The notes under the pieces: generated by a model
The model's input: only the letters and a program-made list of their open reading frames with translations
Told to the model about the DNA's origin: nothing
Database searches by the model: none
Made by a program: the position numbers and the translations under genes
Source: an uncultured Alphaproteobacteria bacterium
Lineage (GTDB): Bacteria > Pseudomonadota > Alphaproteobacteria > CBDUYM01
Direction of reading: 5' to 3'
Assembly: GCA_965371465.1 (NCBI GenBank)
Contig: CBDUYM010000019.1
Span: forward strand, 67 to 64,066
Length of the DNA stretch: 64,000 nt
Part shown: positions 18,754-28,056 of the stretch, one piece after another
Position numbering within the stretch: the first letter of the stretch is position 1
How the letters are laid out: each line of letters starts with the position of its first letter

Positions 18754-18813
18754 TCCACGCAGTCTCTTACTGAAATCAAGAAATCAAGAGATCAAGCGAA
18801 CAGGGAAAACTCA

Positions 18814-18984
18814 ATGGCACATGGAACCGCACAGATTATAGAGTTTCCAAAATTCGAGTTGATTGAGGAAGAATTCAAGGGCGCGATCGTACGCCTGGCC
18901 TATGCAATCGCCGCATTGCCCAACGATGAAATCGAAAGCATCGTTCAGCTTGTCGAGATGATTTCAAATGACGGTGGAGAGTGA
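18814..18984 (+). CDS. small 56-aa ORF downstream of luxI (hypothetical)
   Basis: Below the ORF-track length cutoff. ATG at 18814, TGA at 18982. Preceded by a 3x tandem 8-bp repeat (AAATCAAG). Coding status uncertain. Confidence 0.25.
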   Translation: MAHGTAQIIEFPKFELIEEEFKGAIVRLAYAIAALPNDEIESIVQLVEMISNDGGE

Positions 18985-19155
18985 CTGATCGAGTTTTAGC
19001 GTTGGGTCAGGCGCCGCGAAATTCTTGATTCAGCCTGGCGCTGTGGAGCTGGCGGCCTGCGAGCCGCCAGTCTGCGATTCAGTGTGCATGAGTGGCTCGG
19101 CTCGGCTCGTCTCTTGTGAGCAAAGCCAGTGCGGTTCACCTAACTGGCACGGTAT

Positions 19156-19563
19156 CTAAGATGCCTTGCGACGTCCGCCGTTTGATTGGCCATCTGACTG
19201 TGCAAGCGTCTTTACCAATTCAAATACCGCGTCACGCTGGCTTTCGGAAAGCTCACTGAAATACCGGGCCAGGCGAAGTGTTCGCGTACCAAGTCCGGCA
19301 TTTTCGTCGCTACCACCTTTTCGGCTATAGCCTTCGAAGAAATAGGAAATCGGTACGTTTTGCGCCTCGCTCAAATCGAAGAGACGGCTGCACCCAATGC
19401 GATTGGTGCCCTTTTCGTACTTCTGGACTTGCTGGAATGTAATGCCCAAGGCAGCACCCAGCTTTTGCTGGCTCATGCCAAGAAGAATGCGGCGCTCGCG
19501 AACGCGCTGGCCGACATGCACGTCTACTGGATGAGGGTGTTCTGAACTTCTGATTCTAGGCAT
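19156..19563 (-). CDS. HTH-XRE (Cro/CI-type) transcriptional regulator
   Basis: LGMSQQKLGAALGITFQQVQKYEKGTNRI helix-turn-helix. Convergent with luxI and the small ORF. Confidence 0.7.
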   Translation of the reverse strand: MPRIRSSEHPHPVDVHVGQRVRERRILLGMSQQKLGAALGITFQQVQKYEKGTNRIGCSRLFDLSEAQNVPISYFFEGYSRKGGSDENAGLGTRTLRLARYFSELSESQRDAVFELVKTLAQSDGQSNGGRRKAS

Positions 19564-19860
19564 GATGTTTGTGCTTTCCTCCGCAAGGATTGATCTACCG
19601 GCTACCTACAGTGCAACTAGACCCGTATAACAAAGCCATCTGTACGGTGAATCACTCGATCACGTCAACTGACATTCAAGGCGATCCATGCAACCGAATT
19701 GACAACGATAGGCAACGATAGTCCTAGATTCGCGGCGTGTATGCTGTCAAATCTACCAGTTCTGCAACTTATATGCATGCAGTACTTGTTCGCTGCAAGT
19801 ACCACCAGTGCGGGAAATTCAGTGATTCCGGAGGCCTTCATTGAGAGCTGATTGCAAAAA

Positions 19861-19885
19861 AGGCCCAGCAAGCCGGGCCTTTCGC
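19861..19885 (-). terminator. rho-independent terminator (GGCCC-loop-GGGCC flanked by A6 and T3), bidirectional-capable
   Basis: AAAAAGGCCCAGCAAGCCGGGCCTTT lies 20 nt past the MaoC stop. On the minus strand the stem is followed by a T-run of 6. Confidence 0.45.
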
Positions 19886-19907
19886 AGGATTGATTGAGCG
19901 CCCGATG

Positions 19908-20390
19908 TCAAAAATAGAGTCGGCTCAGGCTTTCGGCAACGCAGGCAGGTTTCTCCTGACCTTCCACTTCAACCTTGATTTCACTCATAAGTTCGAGGGA
20001 TCCGTTCTTCTCTTCCACGCGCTTAAGCTCACGAACTGACCTGATCTTCGCGCCTACCGGCACAGGAGACGGAAATCTCACCTTATCGAAACCATAGTTG
20101 ACTGTCAGTTTCGGTCGCGGGCCCTGCGGCGCCGCTGGCTCTGGAGCTGCCTCGCTGCTGCGCCCAACAAGGCCCATAATAGAAAGCGTCAGCTGGCCAT
20201 GGGCGATAGGACCACCGAAAGGGGATTCCTTTTTGGCCCGTTCCACATCGACATGGATCCATTGATGATCGCCAGTGACTTCGGCGAACTGGTTGACGCG
20301 ATCCTGTTCGACTTCAAACCAGTCGCCTGGCGTTGAGCGCTGACCAATTCTCTGGTCATAGATTGCTTTGGCTTCTTCCAGTGCGGACAT
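19908..20390 (-). CDS. MaoC-like (R)-specific enoyl-CoA hydratase/dehydratase (hot-dog fold)
   Basis: DHQWIHVDVERAKKESPFGGPIAHGQLT signature. Confidence 0.75.
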   Translation of the reverse strand: MSALEEAKAIYDQRIGQRSTPGDWFEVEQDRVNQFAEVTGDHQWIHVDVERAKKESPFGGPIAHGQLTLSIMGLVGRSSEAAPEPAAPQGPRPKLTVNYGFDKVRFPSPVPVGAKIRSVRELKRVEEKNGSLELMSEIKVEVEGQEKPACVAESLSRLYF

Positions 20391-20488
20391 GATGCTCCCT
20401 CTTTCAAATTTATTGGCTGAATCGTTGTTATCTGAGCGTAACCAATTACGCCTTCCGGGCCAACGATTTTAGGCGGCCAGATTGGTTC

Positions 20489-22642
20489 TCAGGCATATCC
20501 AAATGCCTTTATGTAGGGCATCAGAAGTTCCAGATGAGGCTCAAGATATCCTTCGTAGCGTCGCCACCGCCCGCTTGCCCGTTTATAAATTGGTTCAGAT
20601 ACCTGGTAGTAGCTTGGCGTGTTGATGCGGCCTCGCCGGGCCGAAGTCTCGACATGGTGCAAAACCTCGTCGTGCCATTTGAGACCAAGGAACCGGATCA
20701 GGCTCCTGGCCGTGTTCTCTGGATCGGCAACCAGATCCTCGTAACGCAGTCTGTGCAGTGAGATCGGCAGCGCTTCCTCATACATAAGCCAGAGACCCAT
20801 CACTTTGTCATAGAGTTTGGCGGCATCTTCGAGGCCGAAAAAGTTCGCCATTGCCGGATTTGGTTCAAAGGCCTGCATGAAACAGCTGAGAATGACATCA
20901 CAGGGATGACGAACCGCCAGAATGAACTGGGCATCGGGGAAAATTTTCAGAATGAGTGGAATCTGGATAATGTTGAGAGGGAACTTATCGACGAGCCGTT
21001 GACCAGGAGACAGTGTGACAGATCGGGCGACCTCAGCCTCGTAAAGTGTCTTCAGACGGGCAATGCCGTCCGCCGGCATTTTGAGGAGTGCCGGTCCATA
21101 AGTTCCGGGGGGCCCCGGAAATTCGGCTTCCATTACGGCGACAGCAGGCTTTTCTTCCATGGTTTTGACACCCGGGTGACCATCGAGAGTGACATCAAGC
21201 AAGGTCGTACCGGATCGCGGAAAGCCGACTAGGAATATCGGGCCACCGGTTGACACGCCAGGAGCGTTTTCGAAGGCGGTGGCGAACTCAGCACGAGCGG
21301 CAAACTGAGTCAGATTTTCTACCTTCGTCTGGAAATAGGTTTTGTCCACATTGCTGTATTTCAGGGCCTGAGCCGCCAGGCGGTTACCGGCAGCGAAGCT
21401 CTCATAGGCTTTGACAGCATCTCCCGAGCGATCAAAACAGCGTCCAAGCTCCATTTCAATCTGTGTGCCAATGTGGCGACGGACGGGCTGATCCCTGATC
21501 GCCAGCAGTCTGGCGAGAGCTTCATCCAGTTTGCCTTCGCGGCGATCGCACTTTGCTGCAACCAAGGCAAGTTCCGGATCGTCGGCAAACTGCTTCAGGC
21601 CCTTTGCCAGGACTTCTCGTGTCTCATGCATCAGATTCCTTTTTTCAAACAGGTTCGCAAGATACGCGTAGGCAGTTGAACTGTCCGGCGAGAGGCTTAA
21701 GGCTTTCTCATAGCAAGCAGCGGCCTTTTCCGGTTCGTCCAATCGGTCGTACACAATGCCGAGATTACCGATGGCCTCTGAATAGCCTGGCCGGATTGCA
21801 ATAGACCTTTCAAGCGCGACAACCGCTTCGTCGTATTGGCCCAACCGTTCCAGCGTGTTGCCAAGATTGTTCCAGCCTTCTGAAAATTCAGGGCTCGCGT
21901 CCAGCGTTTTACGGAACACACTCGCGGCTTCGTCGAAGCGACCCATGTCAAACAGGACCGAACCAAGATTGGCGAGCGATGAAAGGTGCGCTGGATCGTG
22001 TAACAATGCTGTTCTGTAGGCGTTTTCCGCTTTGATCGGTTCTTCGAGAGCCTGCTCGGCGTTACCAAGATTGAACCAGGCTTCGGCATAGCCCGGATCA
22101 AGATCAAGAGCGCGCCGATAAACTTCCTTTGCCTCTGCTGCCCTGCCCTGTACGGCAAGGGCATTGCCAAGATTGTTGATGGCCCGCAAATGGTCCGGCG
22201 CCAGTGCAAGGGCGTTTTCAAAAGCGGCCTCGGCGGCTTTCATGTTTGCCATGGCGGCCTCTGCGCAACCGAGGCCGTAGTGAAGATCGGCATCATCAGG
22301 CCGGACCTTCAGCGCCCGACGGAAGATGTCTCTGGCGCGCCTGTGGTTGCCTGCCTGCTCGCTCAGACGCGCGAGGTTACCGAGCGCTTCCGGATCCGCG
22401 GGATCCTTCTTCAGCGCTTTCGTGAGCGCGCGTTCCGCCAGTTTCAAGTCGCCTATGCGGGAAAACGCTACTGCTGCCAGATTGAGCGCCTGGAGCGGTA
22501 ACGCGGGTTCCCGAAGGAGCTTCCGGTAGAGTTCGGCGGCCTCGGCGGTCCGACCGGTCCGGTGAAGCGCAACAGCCTCCTGCAGCAAACGTTGTGCTGC
22601 TGGTGCAAGTGTTTGCTGAGAAGATTTCGGTGTTCTGGCCAT
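20489..22642 (-). CDS. TPR-repeat protein with a C-terminal sulfotransferase domain
   Basis: About 450 aa of TPR repeats, then a PAPS-binding 5'-PSB motif (FLVGFPRSGTTLL) and a 3'-PB-like motif (RHPCDVILS). No signal peptide. Confidence 0.75.
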   Translation of the reverse strand: MARTPKSSQQTLAPAAQRLLQEAVALHRTGRTAEAAELYRKLLREPALPLQALNLAAVAFSRIGDLKLAERALTKALKKDPADPEALGNLARLSEQAGNHRRARDIFRRALKVRPDDADLHYGLGCAEAAMANMKAAEAAFENALALAPDHLRAINNLGNALAVQGRAAEAKEVYRRALDLDPGYAEAWFNLGNAEQALEEPIKAENAYRTALLHDPAHLSSLANLGSVLFDMGRFDEAASVFRKTLDASPEFSEGWNNLGNTLERLGQYDEAVVALERSIAIRPGYSEAIGNLGIVYDRLDEPEKAAACYEKALSLSPDSSTAYAYLANLFEKRNLMHETREVLAKGLKQFADDPELALVAAKCDRREGKLDEALARLLAIRDQPVRRHIGTQIEMELGRCFDRSGDAVKAYESFAAGNRLAAQALKYSNVDKTYFQTKVENLTQFAARAEFATAFENAPGVSTGGPIFLVGFPRSGTTLLDVTLDGHPGVKTMEEKPAVAVMEAEFPGPPGTYGPALLKMPADGIARLKTLYEAEVARSVTLSPGQRLVDKFPLNIIQIPLILKIFPDAQFILAVRHPCDVILSCFMQAFEPNPAMANFFGLEDAAKLYDKVMGLWLMYEEALPISLHRLRYEDLVADPENTARSLIRFLGLKWHDEVLHHVETSARRGRINTPSYYQVSEPIYKRASGRWRRYEGYLEPHLELLMPYIKAFGYA

Positions 22643-22682
22643 CCTGGGCTGACTGGATATCTAAGCGGCTGGGAAGAGTTTT

Positions 22683-24227
22683 TCAGACATGGGCGCGATC
22701 GCCGAAAAGCATTGTAATGTTGATGCGCCGATTTTCGTATCCGCTCTTGAACCGGATCGCATCGGATTCATGAAACAGATCAGAATGAAACATCAGGGCG
22801 CGGTTCTGCCGGTGGGGAACGACTATGCTGCCCTTGTCGTTCGCATCAAGAAAAGCGCGGATCTTTTCCGGTTCGTTGTTGTAGGAATCAAAATCCCAGT
22901 CTGCTGGTGCTTCAGCCTTGTAGACAATCAGCCCGCCTCTGTCTTCATCGAGATTGGCGTCGTCCGGTGTGATCCAGAAATTGACGTTTACAGCTGCAAA
23001 ATCCGCATGCGCACTGATCCCGGTCAGAGTGGAGTCATACTTGTATCCCCAAAGCTGACGCAGCGGATGATCACCAATAACACGCCGCATTTTCGCACGA
23101 AGCTCCTCTGCGATTTGCACAAGCAACGGACAAAAGAAGCCGTCATCCATGTAGGCACCCATATAACCGCCAAAGTGACTGAAGTCATACCAGAAGGTTG
23201 ACTCCATACAGAACTTTCTTAGCGAAGTCAGAGCTTCCTCCGTCAGGAGATTGTCAAAAAAAACTATACCCGGCGCTTCGGCCTGATAGCTCGCCACGAG
23301 TGCGTCGCCATCAAGCTCAGGATTGACAGCCGGGCCATTCAGCGCTGGGGCATCGACGATGTGCGTCGCGCGATTGTACCAAGGCGCGATCCTTTTGATT
23401 TGTTCGGGCGTCAGATTGACCATGAAGTTGTTTTGAGACGCCCAGTCAATCTCCTGTATCACTTCCTCAAATGCCTGCTGGGCCGGCACCATTTCGTCCG
23501 GCAGTTCACCTATCTCCTTGAGGTATGCAAACTGCTCCACATCATGACGAAGTTTCGGCAAACTGGTCATATTGTAGGTTGCCAGGGCCGGATTGGTGGC
23601 GGCGTCCTGCCGTTTCAATCTGAAGCCCTTTTCAAGATGCACAGCAGCTTCCATAGGATTTGGGTCAGGGCGATTGAGCTTTGCAAAGCCCAGATTTGTG
23701 TGTGCGACGGCATAATTCGGGCTGACCCCAATTGATTGCTCAAAGTGAGTAATAGCCTGCTGCCATTTGTCTTGCGCCGCATTCGCGTTCGCCAGCTGAA
23801 AAAGTGAAAGACTGTCATCTGGTCTCGCCCTCACGACTTCTTCAAGCAGCTCAGCCGCCTTTGCAGGTCTGCCTGCGCGAAGCAGCGCCATGGCAAAATT
23901 TCTGAACATATCGGCATTGCGACCGCCGAGCGTCAACGCCTTTTGATACGCCTGCAGGGCTTTTTCAAGTTCGTTCAGATTCAGGCAAACGTTTGCCATG
24001 CTTTCCCAGTATTGGGGATTGTCAGGGTTGCTGCGAATGGCACGTTCCAGCAACTGAAGTGCAACCTTCATGTCACCAACTTGCACACCAATGCTGGCAA
24101 GCCCGTGAAGCGCTTCGCCGTTGGCTGGATCGCCGGACAGAACTTCACGATAGAGCCGGTCAGCTTCCTTCAGATTGCCGGCTTCATGGTTCTGTAGGGC
24201 AGATGCGTAGGTCGTATTTTCAGCCAT
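22683..24227 (-). CDS. TPR-repeat protein with a C-terminal 2OG/Fe(II)-oxygenase-like domain (aspartyl/asparaginyl beta-hydroxylase-like)
   Basis: N-terminal TPRs. The C-terminal HAD...FHSDLFHES resembles the ASPH FDDSFEHE block. TPR plus hydroxylase mirrors eukaryotic ASPH. The domain call is inferential. Confidence 0.5.
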   Translation of the reverse strand: MAENTTYASALQNHEAGNLKEADRLYREVLSGDPANGEALHGLASIGVQVGDMKVALQLLERAIRSNPDNPQYWESMANVCLNLNELEKALQAYQKALTLGGRNADMFRNFAMALLRAGRPAKAAELLEEVVRARPDDSLSLFQLANANAAQDKWQQAITHFEQSIGVSPNYAVAHTNLGFAKLNRPDPNPMEAAVHLEKGFRLKRQDAATNPALATYNMTSLPKLRHDVEQFAYLKEIGELPDEMVPAQQAFEEVIQEIDWASQNNFMVNLTPEQIKRIAPWYNRATHIVDAPALNGPAVNPELDGDALVASYQAEAPGIVFFDNLLTEEALTSLRKFCMESTFWYDFSHFGGYMGAYMDDGFFCPLLVQIAEELRAKMRRVIGDHPLRQLWGYKYDSTLTGISAHADFAAVNVNFWITPDDANLDEDRGGLIVYKAEAPADWDFDSYNNEPEKIRAFLDANDKGSIVVPHRQNRALMFHSDLFHESDAIRFKSGYENRRINITMLFGDRAHV

Positions 24228-24257
24228 GCCTGTCTGTGTTTTCTATAATTCGGTGCG

Positions 24258-25940
24258 CTAAAGATCGTCAACTCGCACTGTAACCTGACGGCGCGCCTCA
24301 TCAAAGCGATAGAGCCGACCTGCCTTATGGTCAAGATAGATGTTGGTATCATCTTTGTCGAAGTTTATCCGCGACATGATGCGACCCGTGTTCCAGTTGA
24401 CGCCAAGAACCGTTAGCACATCCCTTGTCCGTCTTCCCCGACCCTCTTGAATCAGTGTTACATACCAGCTGTCCCGGCCTTCTGAGAAAGTCGGCATTTC
24501 ACCATGTTCAGCGAGCTGCCGGTCCATAATGTCCGGATCGCCAAACAGAATTGACCACTGCAACAGATTGATGTCCGGATCAAAGGCCATGATGTGATGC
24601 TGCCCACGAAGAATGAGATCAGGTTCGCCCAGCGATGCGCTCAGCGGCATGTCTTCAAGGGTCAGGCCGCTTGAGCTCATGCCCAGCATGCCGCCGCCGC
24701 CACTTGACTGACCTGCACTGTTTGTCTGCGAGAACCCGCCACCGATGCTGAAGCCGCCGGACTTTGCCTTGAACTTGCCATAGGTTCTGAAAAACTGAAG
24801 GGGTGTTTCAAACTGAGGACTGCCGAGCGAGAGGTTCAGCCCAACAATGCCCTTGGCATCAGCAAACATGACCATGTCACGTTGGTGGTCTATGACAAGA
24901 TTTGTAATCCCATCGCTTACATCGCTGTAACGCCACAGTTCCTCTCCGCTTTGCCGATTGAGAGCAATGACTGCTAACGGCGAAACATCCTTGATCTCGC
25001 GTCCATCCGTCGACACGCCGCCGAGCCTGGCAATCAGCCGATCGGGTAACACCCTGATTTCCATGACCTGAGGAGAGCGCCGAATTCTCTCCTGCCAAAT
25101 TCTATTGCCGCTGGCAAGGTCAAACGCGGAAAGCGTTCCTTTACCAGCGGCGTAAATCACATCGCCATCGATTACCGGAGCAGCATAGCCAGCGATTACT
25201 TTTGCCCGCAACGTATCAAATTCGGATTGCCAGTTTATATTGCCTGAATTGAGATCGATAGCGTGCAGCCCAAGCCAGGGGACATAAAGCGTCCCGCCGG
25301 CAATGACTGGTCTTGGATAGGCTGGCAGGCTGAGGCGGTTCCAGATTGTTGATCGGCTGGAGCTGCCAACGGTCTCAAGCTGAGTGCCTCTGTTTGCATA
25401 CTTGATCAGCCAGCGCTGTGCGCCAGAGCGCATGTTGTACGCTGCAAGGTAAAGGCCTCGTTCATTCCTTGGACCGTCGTCAACTTCATAAACGCTTAAC
25501 AGGAGATTGGCGTCGCCAAGTGGAACAAGGCCGACCAGTTCTCCTTTGAAATCACTGAGCTGCCAGACCGTTCGGCCAGTCCTTCGGTCAATCACTTCAA
25601 AGCTGTTGGGCGTTGTCGCCAGCGCGCGCCGATCACGGCTTCGCAGACCTTCTGGAATTGCAGAGGGAACCAGCAGTTGACCGGTGCCTTCGATCTCCAG
25701 AATCAGCGAACGCGATTGCGGGCGAATGTCTGAGCGCCGCCAGCGTTCTTCGCCTGATGCGGCATCCAGAAGACTCAGGGTGCCTTCAGTGGAAATCAGC
25801 AGCGAGCCGTCGGCCAGCACCTTATACCAGTCCGGTTTGGGTGAAAGGCTGATACTCCAATTGGCTGTGGCGCTTCCCGCACCAGCGCATAACAGCAACA
25901 GAATAAAGGCAAATCTTGTCATCAATCGCGGTACCGGCAT
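24258..25940 (-). CDS. secreted PQQ-like beta-propeller repeat protein
   Basis: Signal peptide (FAFILLLLCAGAGSATA). Repeated G..Y/W...G.L.A.D..SG...W motifs. An internal Gly/Ser-rich low-complexity stretch. Confidence 0.65.
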   Translation of the reverse strand: MPVPRLMTRFAFILLLLCAGAGSATANWSISLSPKPDWYKVLADGSLLISTEGTLSLLDAASGEERWRRSDIRPQSRSLILEIEGTGQLLVPSAIPEGLRSRDRRALATTPNSFEVIDRRTGRTVWQLSDFKGELVGLVPLGDANLLLSVYEVDDGPRNERGLYLAAYNMRSGAQRWLIKYANRGTQLETVGSSSRSTIWNRLSLPAYPRPVIAGGTLYVPWLGLHAIDLNSGNINWQSEFDTLRAKVIAGYAAPVIDGDVIYAAGKGTLSAFDLASGNRIWQERIRRSPQVMEIRVLPDRLIARLGGVSTDGREIKDVSPLAVIALNRQSGEELWRYSDVSDGITNLVIDHQRDMVMFADAKGIVGLNLSLGSPQFETPLQFFRTYGKFKAKSGGFSIGGGFSQTNSAGQSSGGGGMLGMSSSGLTLEDMPLSASLGEPDLILRGQHHIMAFDPDINLLQWSILFGDPDIMDRQLAEHGEMPTFSEGRDSWYVTLIQEGRGRRTRDVLTVLGVNWNTGRIMSRINFDKDDTNIYLDHKAGRLYRFDEARRQVTVRVDDL

Positions 25941-25975
25941 TACACTCTCACTATACTGTTAGCTCTCTGACAAAG

Positions 25976-26071
25976 TGGCGGAAAAGGGTGGGAGTCGAAC
26001 CCACCGGGCACGTATGTCGTCCCCCATCGGATTTGAAGTCCGTGCGCTCCACCGGGATGCGAGCCTCTTCC
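25976..26071 (-). tRNA. selC: tRNA-Sec (selC), anticodon UCA, 96 nt including CCA
   Basis: Reverse complement is GGAAGAGGCUCGCAUCCCGGUGGAGCGCACGGACUUCAAAUCCG...GGGUUCGACUCCCACCCUUUUCCGCCA. It has an 8-bp acceptor stem, a long variable arm and a CUUCAAA anticodon loop. It lies immediately downstream of selB. Confidence 0.85.
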
Positions 26072-26124
26072 ATTGGTGTCATATTTTCACTCATTCGCCG
26101 GCCGGGCAAGTTCTGTCATCTTGC

Positions 26125-28056
26125 TCAGAATATTTCGTCTGCATTGCCGATAATCTGACGAAAATCACCGCTCCGCCGCGTCAGTCCCTGACGATCAAAA
26201 AATTCCAGCAACTGAATCACCAGATTGCGGCCAATGCCTGAGGCATCGCGAAAGTCACGTGCGGTGAACTGTGCGTGCTGCGATCCAGAAGCGAGATCCA
26301 CAGCCACTTCAGCAAGCTGGATCACCGCTTCGGGTAATAGATAACGATTGCGGGCCACACCGACGACCCAGCCGAGTTCCGCTGCACGGCTCATAAAGGC
26401 CCCCGTCTCCTGGGCCGTGATCTGCAGTTCTTCAGCAAGAGCATGGAGAACGGGCGGCTGTGCGAGTGCTGAACCGCTGGTCTTTTCCCTGAGTAGACCT
26501 TCAACACGCTGCCATAGATTTTGGTCAGCGCTGGTTGGTTCCGGCCGATGGCCGTGCAGATGAAGACGGCCGGCGCTACGGATCATTTTGCCCTCGTCGA
26601 TCAGCTCTGCCACTGCGTGCTCATGGAAGGCTTGAGACACGCGCCTGCCATGAGCACGCAGAAGGTTCCTCTGATCCGGGCCCAGATGGTGAGGCTCGCG
26701 CGCGTGCCATGATGAAAGGTTGGCGATGATCTCATCCTTCAAGGCCCGAAAGCGTGCCTTTTGCAGGCCGAGGTTCTGAGCGGACGACTGAATACGGTCC
26801 ATTTCGGTGGCGTCGAAAATACTTTCTGCTTCTTCCTTGTCGAGGTTCCGCGCAAGAACAAACTGGTTCAGATCCAGTCCGAAGTCCGAGAGATCAAGCA
26901 TTGCGGCGAGTGCTTCAGATGGGTCTGGATTTTCCATTGCGTCGACAAGGGCAAGGCGTTCGGGTTTGCTTCTCCCCCTCGGCGGAGAGAACGGATCAAC
27001 GATCCTTCCGCCAGCTACAGTCCTGCTGGAAGACTGATTTCGAAAGATCATGTAATCGCCGAAGTGGCCCAAAATGGGCTCGTCTGTGACAATCTGAACC
27101 TTGGCGCTCTCGCCTGGTTCGATACTGCGCCCCTCGAGAACAGCAACGCGCCCATGGGCATGTTTTGCCGCCATGTGAATGTGAACTGGCGTTCTGTGAC
27201 GGAGCGGGCGGCTCTCAGATTCGAGGACCTTTATCGTTACATCAAAACGGTTGGAAGGAACGTTGAGGTCTGGTGCAACGGCCCAGCAACCACGGCTGAT
27301 CTCACCGATGCGCCCGGTGACGCCGACAATGTTCAGCGCGGTACGATCCCCTGCCTTTGCAACGACCGATTCCCTATCCTGCACATGGATGCCTCGAATA
27401 CGGCAGGCTTCGCCTGAGTCTGACAGCACGATCCGGTCACCAACCCTTGCAACACCTGCAAATACTGTGCCGGTGACGACGCGGCCGACCCCGGGAATAC
27501 TGAAGTTCCGATCAATAGCCAGCCTGAAGCCGCCTTTGCCGGCACGCGCCGGCACCAGGTGCTGAAGGCGGACAATCTCGTTTTTCAGCGCACCTATGCC
27601 CTCGCCCGATTGTGCGATTGTTCTGATGATTGGCGCACCCTCAAGGCTTGTCCCACGAAGAAGTTCCTGCACACTCGCCTCAACCTGTTCGGTTTTTTCG
27701 TTGTCAACAAGATCGGACTTGGTCAGTGCGACGACGCCTTTCGGCACCGACAGCAGATCAAGAATTGCCAGATGCTCACGTGTCTGAGGCATGACGCCGT
27801 CGTCTGCGGCAACAACCAGCAGAGCCGCATCAATACTGGCGACACCTGCCAGCATATTGCGGATGAACCGTTCATGCCCCGGCACATCAATGAATCCGAC
27901 AATGTCATCCCCTTCCAGGGGCATATAGGCAAAACCCAGTTCAATGCTGACGCCTCTGGATTTTTCTTCAGGCAGGCGATCGGTTTCGACGCCCGTCAGT
28001 GCCTTGATAAGCGCTGTCTTGCCGTGATCCACATGTCCTGCGGTCGCAACAATCAT
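26125..28056 (-). CDS. selB: selenocysteine-specific elongation factor SelB
   Basis: [35 protein letters not shown] matches the SelB N-terminus (E. coli [23 protein letters not shown]..). 643 aa with C-terminal winged-helix extension. Confidence 0.9.
   Translation of the reverse strand: MIVATAGHVDHGKTALIKALTGVETDRLPEEKSRGVSIELGFAYMPLEGDDIVGFIDVPGHERFIRNMLAGVASIDAALLVVAADDGVMPQTREHLAILDLLSVPKGVVALTKSDLVDNEKTEQVEASVQELLRGTSLEGAPIIRTIAQSGEGIGALKNEIVRLQHLVPARAGKGGFRLAIDRNFSIPGVGRVVTGTVFAGVARVGDRIVLSDSGEACRIRGIHVQDRESVVAKAGDRTALNIVGVTGRIGEISRGCWAVAPDLNVPSNRFDVTIKVLESESRPLRHRTPVHIHMAAKHAHGRVAVLEGRSIEPGESAKVQIVTDEPILGHFGDYMIFRNQSSSRTVAGGRIVDPFSPPRGRSKPERLALVDAMENPDPSEALAAMLDLSDFGLDLNQFVLARNLDKEEAESIFDATEMDRIQSSAQNLGLQKARFRALKDEIIANLSSWHAREPHHLGPDQRNLLRAHGRRVSQAFHEHAVAELIDEGKMIRSAGRLHLHGHRPEPTSADQNLWQRVEGLLREKTSGSALAQPPVLHALAEELQITAQETGAFMSRAAELGWVVGVARNRYLLPEAVIQLAEVAVDLASGSQHAQFTARDFRDASGIGRNLVIQLLEFFDRQGLTRRSGDFRQIIGNADEIF

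Noticed and set aside
18772-18796. CRISPR-like repeats
   Set aside because: It is only a 3x8-bp tandem repeat with no spacers and no cas genes. No CRISPR array exists anywhere in the window.
26072-26124. SECIS-like element or selenoprotein ORF adjacent to selC
   Set aside because: The 53-bp spacer between selB and selC is too short for a gene. No ORF pair in the window shows a same-frame TGA split suggestive of a selenoprotein.
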